Shown here piece after piece: positions 63,712 through 64,000 of a stretch of DNA of 64,000 nucleotides. Position 1 is the stretch's first letter. Each line of letters begins with the position of its first letter. The position numbers were made by a program, and so were the translations under genes. The notes under the pieces are model-generated. The model saw nothing but the letters and a program-made list of their open reading frames with translations, was not told the origin of the DNA and did no database searches. Source of the DNA: Vitrella brassicaformis CCMP3155 (lineage: Eukaryota > Protista > Chromerida); contig CDMY01000241.1 in NCBI GenBank assembly GCA_001179505.1, positions 87,894 through 151,893 on the forward strand. The letters run 5' to 3'.

Positions 63712-64000
63712 GTCACTCAACCGACCTGGTGGCTGTGTTGCCGGTGGTCGGCCGCCGGGGAAAGGCCGAGACAAGAAGGGGCAGCGGGGAAGAACGATTC
63801 AGGCCCCACACACCATCAGCTTGGTTATGAGCAAAACAGCCGACAGAAGTGTCAACACATGCGGACCATCCATCCATCCATCCAGCTACCGATGCACACA
63901 GACAGACTGTACAAGCGCAATACGTGCGGCCACCCGCCCCTCCCCTCCCCGCCCAGCCGCCCGCCCACTGACTCACTTGGCAGGCCAGCTGCATGGCAAG
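63712..64000 (-). repeat. Inverted copy of 47650-47920: 3' end and downstream flank of another family 2 copy that continues beyond the window
   Basis: The reverse complement reads CTTGCCATGCAGCTGGCCTGCCAAGTGAGTC (compare CTTGCCATGCAGCTGGCCGCCAAGTGAGTC at 47651). It also shares GACACTTCxGTCGGCTGTTTTGCTCAT, GCTGCCCCTTCTTGTCTCG and GGTCGGTTGAGTGACGG. Confidence 0.85.

Noticed and set aside
47650-64000. Large DNA transposon bounded by the outer inverted repeats
   Set aside because: The repeats are family 2 gene 3' ends and flanks, and no transposase or target-site duplication is visible.

Overview
Intron-rich, GC-rich eukaryotic DNA with short introns full of (GT)n/(CA)n, (CATC)n and (CAGG)n microsatellites and three 300-N gaps. 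The style and gene content fit a chromerid alga such as Vitrella brassicaformis (inference). All gene models were spliced by eye, so internal exon boundaries are provisional. Recognisable genes are a MYND-finger protein, a secreted trypsin-fold protein apparently lacking its catalytic His, a myosin with class VI-like motor features, glutathione reductase, an intronless ankyrin protein, a four-repeat iota-class carbonic anhydrase-like protein with a bipartite plastid leader, and a 37-aa-repeat (HPR-like) protein. The best novelty candidate is at 41.8-45.2 kb: a GLFG-repeat plus GLEBS (Rae1-binding) protein that ends in a coiled coil and a RING-HC finger. Directly upstream lies a 68-aa Sec61beta-like gene that the ORF track does not show whole, whose stop codon can be spliced in frame to the nucleoporin-like ATG. 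Much of the rest is three lineage-specific, mostly F-box-like gene families (called families 1-3 here). From 47 to 64 kb they form a nested inverted array with mosaic copies, a shuffled symmetric exon and pseudogene fragments. No rRNA, tRNA, CRISPR array or transposase was found.
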